From positions 49,476,001 to 49,540,000 of the forward strand of contig NC_043015.1 of NCBI RefSeq assembly GCF_006345805.1: 64,000 nucleotides of DNA. The letters are read 5' to 3'. Source of the DNA: Octopus sinensis. Lineage: Eukaryota. The position numbers and the translations under genes were made by a program. This document shows, one piece after another, positions 1 to 16,699 of this stretch (the first letter of the stretch is position 1; every line of letters starts with the position of its first letter). The notes beneath the pieces were generated by a model, which did no database searches, was not told the origin of the DNA, and was given only the letters and a program-made list of their open reading frames with translations.

Positions 1-69
1 CAGTGGGACTGAACCCGGATCGATGTGGTTCGTAAACAAGCTACTTACCACACAGCCACTCCTGCGCCT
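1..69 (-). mobile_element. SINE family A head (runs off window edge)
   Basis: Reverse complement of AGGCGCAGGAGTGGCTGTGTGGTAAG head seen in many copies. Confidence 0.85.
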
Positions 70-283
70 AATATTTCAATTTATTTGTGCTTTATATAAT
101 CGTATATTCTCTTCTGCATTTATATCCAAACTTGAATCTTATTCACTGCATCACTCCCCACCTCTTCTGACTTCCATATACTTTTGTCTTTTATGTTTCC
201 TCCCACGCGTTTCGCAAGCGATTTTGTTCTAACATTTAACTTGTTTCTGTCAGACCTTGTGGCTAATAAAGAAATTACAAGTA

Positions 284-679
284 AGGTGGTGAGCTGGCAG
301 AAACGTTAGCATGTCGGGCGAAATGCTTAGCAGTATTTCGTCTGTCCTTACGTTCTGAGTTCGAATTCCGCCGAGGTCGACTTTGCCTTTCATCCTTTCG
401 GGGTCGATAAATTAAGGACCAGCTACGCACTGGGGTCTATGTAATCGACTTGATCTATTTGTCTATCCTTGTTTGTCCCCTATATGTTTAGCCCCTTGTG
501 GGTAGTAAAGAAATAGGCATTTCGTCCATCTTTACGTTCTGAGTTCGAATTCCGCCGAAGTCGACTTTACTTTCATCCTTTCGGGGTCGATAAAATAAGT
601 ACCAGGGAAACACTGGGGTCGATATGATCGAATAGTCCTCTCCTCACAAATCTGAGACCTTGTGCCTAAAGTACAAAGG
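284..679 (+). mobile_element. SINE family B dimer (tRNA-like head, Meta-like central domain)
   Basis: GAGCTGGCAGAAACGTTAGC head, GAGTTCGAATT B-box, CCTTTCGGGGTCGATAAA core twice; TSD AATTACAAGTA at 273-283 and 680-690. Confidence 0.85.
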
Positions 680-907
680 AATTACAAGTACTGAAGACGT
701 ACTTCACAAAACACTTGTTTCTAGAACTGGATGCCTTTTTCTGTCAATTTCTTCAAATATTTTCGAAGAAAAGTGAGGCGGTGTTTGTTAAGTTTTTCAC
801 TCAAACTTGGATGAAAAGCAATATATTTTTGAAATATTTATTTATTTATTTGCATTTTTTCACAAGATATTTATGGAAAACACCTTCAAACAAAAACATG
901 GACAGGA

Positions 908-1069
908 GTAGGAGTGGCTGTGTGGTAAGTAGCTTGCTTACCAACCACATGGTTCCGGGTTCAGTCCCACTGCGTGACACCTTGGGCAGGTGTCTTCTAC
1001 TATAACCTCGGGTTGACCAAAGTTTTGTGAGTGGATTTGGTAGACGGAAACTGAAAGAAGCCTGTCGTA

Positions 1070-1108
<39 letters not shown>

Positions 1109-1325
1109 ATGTATATGTTTGTGAGTCTGTGTTTGTCTCCCCAACATCACTTGACAACCGATATGGTGTGCTTACGTCCCTGTAACTTAGCGGTTCGGCA
1201 AAAGAGACCGATAGAATAAGTACAAGGCTTACAAAGAATAAGTCCTGGGGTCGATTTGCTCGACTAAAGGCAGTGCTCTAGCATGGTCACAGTCACATGA
1301 CTGAGACAAGTAAAGAGTAAAGAGA
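908..1325 (+). mobile_element. SINE family A, full length (tRNA head + CORE-like + internal microsatellite + tail)
   Basis: GGAGTGGCTGTGTGGTAAG head, GGTTCAGTCCC B-box, ACCTTGGGCA(A/G)GT CORE-like motif, (AAAGAGT)n tail. Confidence 0.85.
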
Positions 1326-1893
1326 GTTCTCGAAAATAAAAAAGAGGAAAATAGTTTAAAATGTCATAAAATAGCACAAAGGTTTGGAAACAGGAGATAG
1401 AGCTTTGATTTTAATGAGAAGGACTCTCCCTCCGAATTTTCCCGCTCTCTTAACGGTGACTACAACACGGTGCTTTTAACTCTCAGCTTTGAAATGTCGC
1501 GTCCTAGGGAAATTCTTGATATAGACATGTGTAGTATGAGAGATTGTCTCCTTGCCTGCGGATATTGTCTAAGAATGAGTAAGGAGGACAAAGTGTAGAC
1601 AGGCCTAGTCGAGGTTGAGGACAAGCGGAAGTAGGCTCTATCTAACGTTGGGGACAGTGTCTTGGGGCAGAGTGAGTACTGGTATCTACCTACCTTTTGT
1701 GATGTTGGTTGTATGAATACGGAGAGCAGTAATAGCGACATAAACACCCATTTATAGGTTAGTATTGTAGTATATGGCCCCAAGCAAAACACTAGTTAGA
1801 AGCACTAGCAGCGATGTTTACCCTTAAATCTTTGTCTTTTTTTAGCGCAATATGTCTTTGTAGGGGGGCACATAGAATAATAAAGTCTGATAA

Positions 1894-2406
1894 ATTCTTT
1901 TATTCTTTTACTTGTTTCAGTCATCTAACTGTGGCCATGCTGGAGCACAGCCTTGAAGGGTTTTAGTAGAACCAATCGACCCCAGGGCTTATGTTTTTAA
2001 AGCCTGGTATTTATTCTATCGGTCTATTTGCCGAACCGCAAAGTAACGGAAATCTGCCCACAGCTGGAGCAGCTTTGATCATCAGCCTACTTTGACCAAA
2101 GCGGACATGTTGCTATGCATTATCAAAAGCATATCTTATCTTTTGTCGCTAGGTTATGGGGAGATAAACAAACCAACACCTGCTCTAAAACGGGGAGGGG
2201 GCAAACACAAACACACGCGTGCGCACACACATACACACGCACATACCTACACACTATGAATCCACACAGTTTCACCTCTACGAAATTCATTTATAAGGAT
2301 TTGGTCGGCCCAAGGCTATAGTCAAATACATCTAGGGTGTCACATAGTGGAAATTGAACCGGAAACTACGTTGTAACAAAACGAGCTTCTTAACCACACA
2401 GCCACA
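1894..2406 (-). mobile_element. SINE family A, degraded, with ~110 bp insertion
   Basis: Tail and head motifs recognisable, more diverged. Confidence 0.65.
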
Positions 2407-3625
2407 CCGGTAAGTTTTCTTTTTCCCTTTTTTTCTATTTCTTTTACTATATCACTTTCACAAATCAATATTCTCCGATAATTAGGAATCTTGTCTGTTG
2501 AAAACCTTTTAATCTTCGACAGGATGAGTTAGAAATACTTTCATACAAAATGGCCGCAAATTCGAGTTTCTTTTCTTCAGCGTTTCATTATCCGTTTCTT
2601 TATCATATGGTTCTTAATTCACAGAGTTGTTACATTTTGTTGTGATAAAACAGTCTTAATCTCCCACCCTCTCGCCCCTCATCATTTAATAATATCCATT
2701 ATTTGTCTTTTGGCCTATTACTTACTTGTTAAAATATTGTTTCAATAGCCATTCTGATTCTGTAAAGTAAATCTATTACACGAGACGGAAGGAAGCGTTA
2801 GACAACCGTCTGTTTCACGCCAGTCTTTCGTTTTATCTTCTCCAGATGTGATCTCTCTCTCTCTTCCTCATTCCTTCTCCACTTTCTCTTCTTTTCTCTT
2901 GGTTTATTTCTCTCTCTTTCTTTCTCTTACCCTGCCTCTGTCTCAATCCTCAGTGATTAATTTAACTCGATTTGTTCTGTTCTTCTTCACCAATTTAATT
3001 CCACTCAAATATAATTCCGTTAAACAATCTCGTTACTATTCTTACTTTCCTTCTTCTGTTATTTCTTTTTTTTTTCTTTTCTTTTTCCTTTCTCTGTTTG
3101 TCGAGTTGTTATTAACAACCAGACAAATTTGCTTTTAGCAATTTCTTGCAATACAAAAGCACCAATAAAACCGTTATTGTTAGCGTCAAAGACATTTCTT
3201 GAAGATAGTTGAGACAGTAAAGTGAAATCTAAGTATAATTCAATATTTAACTCCGTTGCTTCGAGGCTCGACTCCTGAGTCTCGAGTCCTGAACCTCGAG
3301 ACTGTAGTCCCGAGTCTCAAGTCACAATCCAGAGTAAACCAGAGTTGTCTTTATCTCTATGGAATCGGTAAACTAAATAACAATTATGTATTGGTATCAT
3401 TTCTCTAAACAAATTAGTTTGATATCAAAAGGAAGAAATCTAGAATAATTTCTACATAATATCAGAGGGATGACAGCCACCAAATGCTCATCACATGTTC
3501 AATCACAAGCACTGTGTTGTGTCCGCGACTAGGATACTTAATTTTTCAATTGCACAGTCCACCCAGTTGCAAACGGGTACCACAGAGCAGACTCCATCCA
3601 CCATTGGTAGTACTGGAATATAAAA

Positions 3626-3733
3626 TACGAGTGGGATGGCTGAAAAGTTCTTGGCTTTAAGGGTGTCGCGAAAGGCCTGGTTGGAGGCCCAACCTTCCCA
3701 GTTCTTTGGCAGGGCTTAGAAGAACTGATGGCA
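3626..3733 (+). mobile_element. Mariner-type MITE left end (truncated)
   Basis: TA-CGAG...GCTGAAAAGTTC terminus resembles mariner TIRs; right end replaced by a SINE B. Confidence 0.4.
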
Positions 3734-3889
3734 CCGACCCCAGTGATCGACAGGTGCTTATTTTATCGACCTCTAAAAGATGAATGGTAAAGTCGACCTC
3801 GGCGGAATTTGTACTCAGAGCGTAGCGACGGGCGAAATGCCGCAAAGCGTTTCGCCCGGCATGCTAACCATTCTGCCAGCTCGCCGCCT
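3734..3889 (-). mobile_element. SINE family B monomer
   Basis: TTCTGCCAGCTCGCCGCC head reverse complement plus core. Confidence 0.8.
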
Positions 3890-4176
3890 TAGCAACATCT
3901 ATAAATAATACCGACCTTTTCTATCCGAAGAGGTTAAGAAAACCTTTTGGGTAGAAAAAGTCGGCAATTATTTCACGTTCTTTCGAACTTTCTAAATTCT
4001 TATGACGCCGACATCATAAAATTCTTGCTGGTATGAATTAAGTTTCTAAGATGGGTAAGAAAAAGGCAAAAGATTGTTTTCGTCCAATGGTAACACTCTT
4101 GTCGTGTTTATAAGATGTTGGTTCGTATCTCACAGGCAACCATCAACTTTTTTCTTTTCAAAGATTTATTTTTTAA

Positions 4177-4401
4177 CTCTTTATTCTTTTACTCTTTTAC
4201 TTGTTTCAGTCATTTGACTGCGGCCATGCTGGAGCACCGCCTTTAATCGAGCAACTCGACCCCTGGAGTTATCCTTTTGTAAGCCCAGTACTTATTCTAT
4301 CGGTCCCTTTTGCCGAACCGCTAAGTAACGGGGACATAAACACACCAGCATCGGTTGTCAAGCAATGCTAGGGAAACAACACAGACACACAAACACACAC
4401 A

Positions 4402-4448
<47 letters not shown>

Positions 4449-4499
4449 ATATATATACATATATACGACACAACAAACACACACACACACATATATATA

Positions 4500-4543
<44 letters not shown>

Positions 4544-4724
4544 TATATATATACATATATACGACAGGCTTCTTTCAGTTTCCGTCTACCAAATCCACTC
4601 ACAAGGCATTGGTCGGCCCGGGGCTATAGCAGAAGACACTTGCCCAAGGTGCCACGCAGTGGGACTGAACCCGGAACCATGTGGTTGGTAAACAAGCTAC
4701 TTACCACACAGCCACTCCTGCGCC
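4177..4724 (-). mobile_element. SINE family A, full length with expanded (TA)n
   Basis: Complete tail-to-head match to family consensus. Confidence 0.9.
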
Positions 4725-5388
4725 ATAACTCTGTACTTGCTTTTATTTGCAGCTTTATCTGACTCGAGATTTACCGTTCCCAAAAAAGAATTATTTCGAA
4801 GTTTCTAAATAACTTATGATGTCGAAAAAATATTGAGTTCGTAAATTTCACTAAAGGTTATAAGTCTGTAGATTTCCTATAGAAATTAGAGCCAACACTG
4901 AAAGTTACAATGCTCCGTATACGAATACTTCTTTGTAAACAATGCGATCAAAGATAGAAATATAGGTAATTGGTGTATATCCACATTTTAGGAGTTATTG
5001 CTGATTCTTTCAGTACCACATCCAAACCTTAAACAATCCACGAATACTTTGCTTAAATAGCCACCAAATACAGCGGTGTAACGCAATTGGATATACCAAT
5101 TTTACATAGTAAACACATTCCTAGGAACTGCTACGTACATATCCGTTTCAAATGTCGGTCCAAGGTTAGCAACTTTGGGGGAGAGGATAAGTCGATTGCA
5201 TTGAACCCCACAGTGCTCAACTGGTACTTATTTTATCGACCCCGAAAAGATGGAAAGCAGTAACTGGTACATACGTATTACTTGCTGGTAGGGACTCCGC
5301 ATTTCGTCATACAACCGTAATATACTACGAAGTTAATATTGTGTTCTGCCTGTGTTAGCAGTGCTAGTCATTGGTAGGGTGTTATGAA

Positions 5389-5430
5389 CATCCGAAGAAG
5401 GCTGGAGCATACAACAGCCAAAACGTAGTG
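5389..5430 (+). ncRNA. Degenerate minimal hammerhead-like motif (Penelope-type remnant)
   Basis: CCGAAGA-A-GGCTG..CAGCC-AAAAC-GTA: stem II intact, U4>C and G12>A core changes. Confidence 0.4.
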
Positions 5431-5475
5431 AAGGCAACAATCAAAATGACACCAGTCCGACTACTATACACATTA

Positions 5476-5723
5476 CAGTAATCCCTCACCATATCGCGGT
5501 TCACTTATCGCGGTTCACCTATCGCGGTTCACCTATCGCGGTTTATTATTTAAGCTTACGTCGATTCCTCCGTGGTGTTGTTTTGCAATTATAATAAAAT
5601 AAATATAAACAAATTCTAAAAATATTAATAAAAGATATACAGCACAGTACTGTTTCTACTTCGCGGATTTTCACTTATTGGGGCGGATGGAACGTAACAC
5701 TCGCGATAGTCGAGGGATGAATA
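5476..5723. mobile_element. Tigger/pogo-like MITE
   Basis: TA-CAGTAATCCCTCACCATATCGCG left end and CGCGATAGTCGAGGGATG right end form an imperfect TIR; internal 14-bp TATCGCGGTTCACC x~4. Confidence 0.65.
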
Positions 5724-5772
5724 TAATTTCTACTGTATTATAAATATTATAATTGTCTGCTATATTATAGTA

Positions 5773-9875
<4,103 letters not shown>

Positions 9876-10577
9876 ACAAACACAGACACACAAACACACA
9901 CACGCATATATATATATATACATATATACGACGGGCTTCTTTCAGTTTCCGTCTACCAAATCCACTCACAAGGCTTTGGTTGGCCCGAGGCTATAGTAGA
10001 AGACACTTGCCCAAGGTGCCACGCTAAGTAACAGGGATATAAACACACCAGCATCGGTTGTCAAGCAATACTAGGGGGACAAACACAGACACACAAACAC
10101 ACACACGCATATATATATATATATATATATACATATATACGACGGGCTTCTTTCAGTTTCCGTCTACTAAATCCACTCACAAGGCTTTGGTCGGTCCGGG
10201 GTTATAGCAGAAGACACTTGCCCAAGATGCCACGCAGTGGGACTGAACCCGGAACCATGTGGTTGGTAAACAAGCTACTTACCACACAGCCAATCTTGTT
10301 AGGATTAAATTGACCGGACGGCGCAAGATAAAACACCTCGTGTCTTGTGGGGATACAGTATATGGGTGGGGTGGGGTATATTATGGGTTTATGAAATTCT
10401 CCATCGATGCAGGCTAACTGTTGTTCTGTTGCAGCGTGACCGTAGCCTGTTTCAGAATGTTTTCTGCGCACTGATGAGAAAATAGAAACTAGACAGTGAT
10501 TAAATTAACTTTTCCTTCAGCCAGGACCCCATCATTGAATGGATCTGCTTCCTCCATTTGTCTCTTCTAGCTTCCTT

Positions 10578-10930
10578 GATGATGGTTTCGAATTTTGGTA
10601 CAAGGCCAGCAACTTCGGAGGAGGGGTAAGTCGATTATATTGACCCAACTACTCGAGAGGCACTTATTATATCGAGACTTCGGTGGAATTTGGACTCAGA
10701 AGTTATGGACGGACGAAATGCCGCTAAGCACATTGCCCCGCATGCTAACCCTTCTGTCAGCTCGCCAAATTTTGACACAAGGCCAGCAAAATCGGGGAGG
10801 CGAGGCAAATAGATTACATCGACTGGTACTTATTTTATCGATCCCAAAAGGAACTCAGAAAATAAGGACGGGCGAAAAGCCGCTAAGCATTTCGCCCTAC
10901 GTGCTAACCATTCTGCCAGCTCGCTGCCTT
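10578..10930 (-). mobile_element. Two tandem diverged SINE B units
   Basis: Two heads and cores; flanking TAGCTTCCTT direct repeat (candidate TSD). Confidence 0.7.
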
Positions 10931-11072
10931 TAGCTTCCTTCTTATTGAGGTTTCACAGGTGTTCACTCCTTACCCAGGTGACAGAGCCGAGCGCATGCCA
11001 ATTAGGCTGTTTGATGCGCAGCAACGCAGGTTCATATTCCTTGGTACACGATAGGTACCTGAAATTTAGTAA

Positions 11073-11482
11073 GACGGGGAGTTGGCAGAAACGTTAGCAC
11101 GCCGGGCGAAATGCGTAGCAGTATTACGTCTGCCGTTACGTTCTGAGTTCAAATTCCGCCGAGGTCGACTTTGCCTTTCATCCATTCGGGGTCGATAAAT
11201 TAAGTACCAGCTACGCACTGGGGTCGATGTAATCCGTCGACTTAATCCGTTTGTCTGTCCTTGTTTGTCCCCTCTGTGTTTAGCCCCTTGTGGGTAGTAA
11301 AGAAATAGGTATTTCTCGGCCTTTGTGTTCTGAGCTTAAATTCCGCCGAGGTCGACTTTGGCCTTCATCCTTTCGGGGTCAATAAATCAATTACCAGTTG
11401 ATCAATGGGGATCGATGTGATCGACTAGTTCCCCCCTCACCCCCGCTCTGAAATTTCAGGTCTTGTGCCTATAGCAGAAAGG

Positions 11483-11486
<4 letters not shown>
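11073..11486 (+). mobile_element. SINE family B dimer
   Basis: Head + core + tail1, GGTATTTC restart, core + tail2. Confidence 0.85.
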
Positions 11487-11522
<36 letters not shown>

Positions 11523-11527
<5 letters not shown>

Positions 11528-11798
11528 TTTTATTCTTTTATTTGTTTGTCATTTGACTGGGGCCATGCTGGAGCACCGCCTTTAGTCGAGCAAATCGACC
11601 CCAGGACTTATTCTTTGTAAGCCTAGTACTTATTCTAGCGGACTCTCTTGCCGAACCGTTAAGTTACGGGGACGTAAATACACCAGCATTGGTTGTCAAG
11701 TGATGTTAGGGGGAAAAACACAGACACACAAACATACTCACACACATACATACATACGTACATACATACATACATACATACATACATACATACATACA

Positions 11799-11834
<36 letters not shown>

Positions 11835-12020
11835 TACATCGCTTGACAACCGATGCTGGCGTGTTTACTTCCCCGTAACTTAGCGGTTCGGCAAAAGAGA
11901 CCGCTAGAATAAGTACTAGGCTAACGAAGAATAAGTCCTGGGGTCGATTTGCTCGATCGCCTATAGACGGTGCTCCAGTCAAATTACTGAAACAAGTAAA
12001 AGAGTAAAAGCGTAAGAGTA
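11523..12020. repeat. Inverted pair of SINE A 3' halves around (ACAT)n
   Basis: Arms 11523-11705 and 11837-12020 share the private variant TTCTAGCGG. Confidence 0.8.
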
Positions 12021-12079
12021 TATAGGTTTAACGCACGAAAATCTCGGCCCTTGAGTCATATATAGATTTCTGTGTATAT

Positions 12080-12506
12080 TACTCTTTTACTCTTTTACTC
12101 TTTTACTCTTTTACTCTTTTACTTGTTTCAGTCATTTGACTGCGGCCATGCTGGAGCACCGCCTTAATCGAGCAAATCGACCCCGGGACTTATTCTTTTG
12201 TAAGCCCAGTACTTATTCTATCGGTCTCTTTTGCCGAACCGCTAAGTAACGGGGACGTAAACACATCAGCATCGGTTGTCAAGCAATGCTAGGGGGACAA
12301 ACACAGACATACAAACATACACGCACACACACATATATATACATATATACGACAGGCTTCTTTCAGTTTCCGCCTACCAAATCCATTCACAAGGCATTGG
12401 TCGGCCCGGGGCTATAGCAGAAGACACTTGCCCAAGGTGCCACGCAGTGGGACTGAACCCGGAACCATGTGGTTGGTTAGCAAGCTACTTACCACACAGC
12501 CACTCC
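12080..12506 (-). mobile_element. SINE family A
   Basis: Full-length match with (TACTCTTT)n tail. Confidence 0.9.
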
Positions 12507-12665
12507 TTCTGGATTTCCAGTTCTAATCTTCACGAATCTCAGATATTTATAGAACTAGCGAGTCACATTTCTATCGCTGAGACTTAGATCCTACATCGTC
12601 AGCCATATTGCCTGAATAGGCTAAAAATAAAAACATTCTTCGGCGTAAGTAAACGTTCTATCATC

Positions 12666-12733
<68 letters not shown>

Positions 12734-13106
12734 GCAACAGCAACAGTGGATAAGAATCTCAGGAAATTGTTGGCTCTAAAAAGCACTTAAATCAGCGTCC
12801 ACGAATCCAATATGCGTGTTCTTTGATGGACATCTTTGTATTCTCTTCGAAATGGTGAGTGTGAAATGAAAATAACTAAAAATAGCTTTCATGACGTTTA
12901 TAAATGGCGATTTCAATTTATTTCCGTTGTTGTTTTGCTTTAGTTTTTTTTAATTGTTTTTGATATTTTTTTTCAATGAAATCCTTGGTAAGTACTGCTT
13001 GATAATAAATATTTGCTTTATTTTCACGACAGTGTACATATATGTGTGCAGGCGTGAGTGTATGTGTGTATGTATATGCATGTCATTGTCCAGTTTTATA
13101 TCAAGA

Positions 13107-13606
13107 CTAGCAGTATCGCCCGGCGTTGCTCGGGTTTGTAAGGGAAATAACTATATAAGCATTTTTAGAGAGTTACTTCCCTTATAGATGCCAATTCGGG
13201 CTTTCTTAGCCATTTCTGCTTTGGTGTCTTCAAGCCATGAAGTCGTTGTTCTAAAAGAACGCTGGTCTCCTTGACAACGCTTTACGACGTTGATTTCCTT
13301 ACACTCCCTTCCCCACAGAAGGGGGAGAAGCAAGCAACACAGGTGCAGGTGTGACCATGGACGCCAACTCCGCCGCCATCGACACACGAAAAATTATGCA
13401 TTAAAATGGAATAAAAAATTATGTTAAATTATTTTTAAAATCGTAGACTCATCGTAGACGCGCGCTAATACTCAGACGGGCTCGATATGAATCACGACTA
13501 TAAGATACCCGAATTTGGTTAAACTGCACCACAAAATGTGGGAGTAGTTAGGAATCTAAATCGAAGGGGACAGACACTCACACAACTACAGTTTTATATA
13601 TATAGA
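13107..13606 (-). mobile_element. Non-autonomous Helitron, complete
   Basis: On minus: A|TC 5' end, CCCGAGCAACGCCGGG hairpin, CTAG|T 3' end; homologous copies at 26790 and 61314. Confidence 0.85.
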
Positions 13607-13779
13607 TTCCTTGCCAATAGAAAAAGAGCCGCTTTCTAATCTGGATCCAAGTCTCCTTCTAAGGAATTTCAACATCAACAGCAGGGTATTTTTGTTTGTA
13701 TTTATGTATGTATGTATGTATGTTTGTTTGTATATGTGTGTAGATTTATATGTTTTGTTTTATGCATGTATTCTCATGC

Positions 13780-13920
13780 CGTGTAGAAAACAAACAGATG
13801 TATTAGTATAACGCTCGGGAATTGAAAAAGTCTTTAATGTTTCGAGCCTGCGCTCTTCCACAGAAAGGAACACAGAAAGAAACAAGGAGAGAGAAAAAGT
13901 GTATTCAGTTGCTAGCGATC
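13780..13920 (-). mobile_element. Penelope-like pLTR remnant with hammerhead-like motif (13831-13868)
   Basis: Homologous to 24529-24667; minus CTTT-CTGTGGA-A-GAGC-GCAG-GCTC-GAAAC-ATT-AAAG. Confidence 0.55.
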
Positions 13921-14624
13921 TATCAAGGTGAATATCTATGTGTGTGTGTGTGTGCGCGCATTGTGTGTGTATTTGTGCATGTGTAAAGGAAAAAAAGTGG
14001 CACAGAGGGGCGACAACAAATTTACGAGAAAACGAGTCAAGACAAACGAACGTAAATGCGCCCTATCCCTCATCAGCTGTTAATCAAATATCACGACAAT
14101 TTCGACACATACATAGAAACACACATATACAGACGTACATACACAGACATGTACTCACATACTCTCTCTCTCTCTCTCTCCACACACACACACACACACC
14201 GCTCGCGCGTAAGCAGTAGCGCATGCACTTATATGAAATTTGTACTAAGGAAGACAACAGTTATATTAGCCCCTTGACCTTAATTCAGGACTGGTACTTT
14301 AATTTATCGACTGCAGAAGGAGGAAAGGCGACCTGGGCGAGATTTGAACTTAGAGCATAAATTATTGTAACTAAATGCTGCAAGGTATATTCATGAGTTT
14401 GATTAAGCAGGTGATGCATTTATATGTTCATACGTTCGACGTGGGAAGAAGGTGTACCTGACGTTTCGGAATTAATTCTTCGTCAGAAGGAAAATCACTG
14501 ATTCGATTTTACATTAGGTTTATATACATATATTCAATTAGAGACATATATGACGATATTTATGAATGGGTTGAGCTATGTATATATGTTTATGTGTATG
14601 TTTGTATGTATGTGTATGTTTATG

Positions 14625-14985
14625 AGAGAGAGAAGAGGAGAGAGAGAGATAGCGTGCTTGTGTGTGAGAGAAGAGGAGGAGAATGGGGCGAGATAGGGGA
14701 CAGAGGGGGGACAGAGGGGAGAGAGGGGAGAGGGGAGAAAGAGAGAGGGGGAGAAATGAGGAGAGACGGGAGAGGGGAGAAAGGAAGAGAGAGTGAGAAA
14801 GAGGAGAAATGGGGCGAGGGGAGAGTGGAGGAGGAGATGGGGAGGGAAAGAGGGGGAGGGAGAGGGGGGTAAGAGAGGAGGAGGGAGGGAGAGAGGGGGT
14901 AAGAGAGGAGAGGGGATGGGATTGAGAGAGAGGGGAGGTAGAGAGAGGGAAGAGAGAGAGGAAAGGGGGGGAAGAGAGCAAGAGA
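14625..14985. repeat. Polypurine (GA/GGA) tract, G4/H-DNA prone
   Basis: ~360 bp almost purely A/G with many GGGG runs. Confidence 0.85.
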
Positions 14986-15469
14986 AGTAATAACTTTTGG
15001 TAAGGTGTCAGTATGTATTCGATCCCACTGTATTTAACCTTACAGAAATCCTCGTTCATGTCGTTGGTAGGATACTGCTTACATACGAAAGCTCCTTCAA
15101 AGAAAACGAAAGAGAGGAAGAAAGCAAAAGTAATACAACGCTGATAAAGGCTGATCTGTAAGTACGCCTTCTCTCAAATTTCAGTCAACGATTAGCAAAC
15201 AGAATTTGAAAGACAAATAATTTTGGCTTTGACCAGATGAAGTCAGACAGCCGTCGACTGATTAAAACAGGTTTGTTTGCTTTTGTTTGCTAGTGAGACA
15301 TTTGTCTTATGTCAATAAAACTAATTGTTATCTCTTTTGGTCTTGCTCGCAGTTTGCTGCGGTGGCAAACGACATGGAGACAAAGCGGACATGTTTGAAA
15401 ATTTGTAAAAGAGTAAAGAGTAAACGTTGACTTTCACCAAGAAAGTATAATAAATATAAAGTAGAAAAG

Positions 15470-15702
15470 GGGCGGTGAGCTGGTAGAATAGTTAACACGC
15501 CGAGCGAAATGCCTAACGGTATTTCGTCTGCCGTTACGTTCTGAGTTCAAATTCCGCCGAGGTCGACTTTGCCTTTCATCCTCTCGGGGTCGATTAAATA
15601 AGTACCAGTTACGCACTGGGGTCGATGTAATCGACTTAATCCGTTTGTTTGTCCTTGTTTGTCCCTTCTATGTTCAGCCCCCTGCCGGCAATAAAGAAAT
15701 AA
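15470..15702 (+). mobile_element. SINE family B monomer (tail1)
   Basis: GGCGGTGAGCTGG head through AATAAAGAAATA. Confidence 0.85.
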
Positions 15703-16237
15703 ATATTGAGTAGGGAAGAAGATAAAAATAAATATATAAAAAAATTAAAAAGTAAAGTCAATATTAATCTATCGCCTGTCCCCTGTAGAACATGTGATAC
15801 ACAAGAAATATTTCACTGGTCTCCATGCATAATATGGCACACATTCCCAGTGTTTTAAACAACTAGAATAACTTGGAACTTATGAAAAGAGCGTTACGTA
15901 ACAAAAGCTAACTCAAAGTCCGAAAACAAAGATGGACGTTTAAGACAAACCTATGAAGAGACGAGTAGTGGACTGTTCCAGGAAGAGTTAACACTTTGCC
16001 TGTCATTTGTACAACGTGTAATAAACCGGACATATTTCCCTGGCGTCTATACATCGTGTATGATACACATTCCCAATTGTTTCCAACTACGAGAGTAATT
16101 TAGAACTTATGAAAGAAAACCTTTATTTTACCCAAAACGTATGAAACAAGGGCAAACTAAAAGTCTGAAAACAAGCGTGGGTGTTTAGGATAAGGTATGA
16201 TAAGCCTGTTGATTTCTTTTAAGACATAGTATGTTAC

Positions 16238-16656
16238 TCTCGTTTACTCTTTTACTTGTTTCAGTCATTGGGCTGTGGCCATGCTGGGGCACCGCCTTTA
16301 GTCGAGCAAATCGACCCCAGGACTTATTCTTTGTAAGCCTGGTACTCATTCCATAAGTCACTTTTGCCGAACCGCTAAGTTACGGGGACGTAAACACACC
16401 AGCATCGGTTGTCTAGCGATGTTGGGGGGGGGGGGACAAACACAGACGCACAAACACATACACACACATATATATATACATATACATATACATATATACG
16501 ATGGGCTTCTTTCAGATTCCGTCTACCAAATCCACTCACGAGGCTTTGGTTGGCCCGAGGCTATAGTAGAAGACACTTGCCCAAGGTGCCACGCAGTGGG
16601 ACTGAACCCGGAACGATGTGGTTAGTAAGCAAGCTACTTACCACACAGCCACTCCT
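16238..16656 (-). mobile_element. SINE family A
   Basis: Full-length match. Confidence 0.9.
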
Positions 16657-16699
16657 TATCTAGTATTGATATTTTCTAATATGATCTGGTGTGATATGA

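Noticed and set aside
846-1157. Recurring ORFs containing [33 protein letters not shown] or MRNWYLFNRP
   Set aside because: Translations of SINE A/B sequence, not genes, although they recur like a protein family
10320-11060. Minus frame KEARRDKWRKQI, resembling an RTE LINE end; similar weak LINE hints at 1380-1800 and 59640-60000
   Set aside because: No RT motif recognisable; cannot be supported without a search
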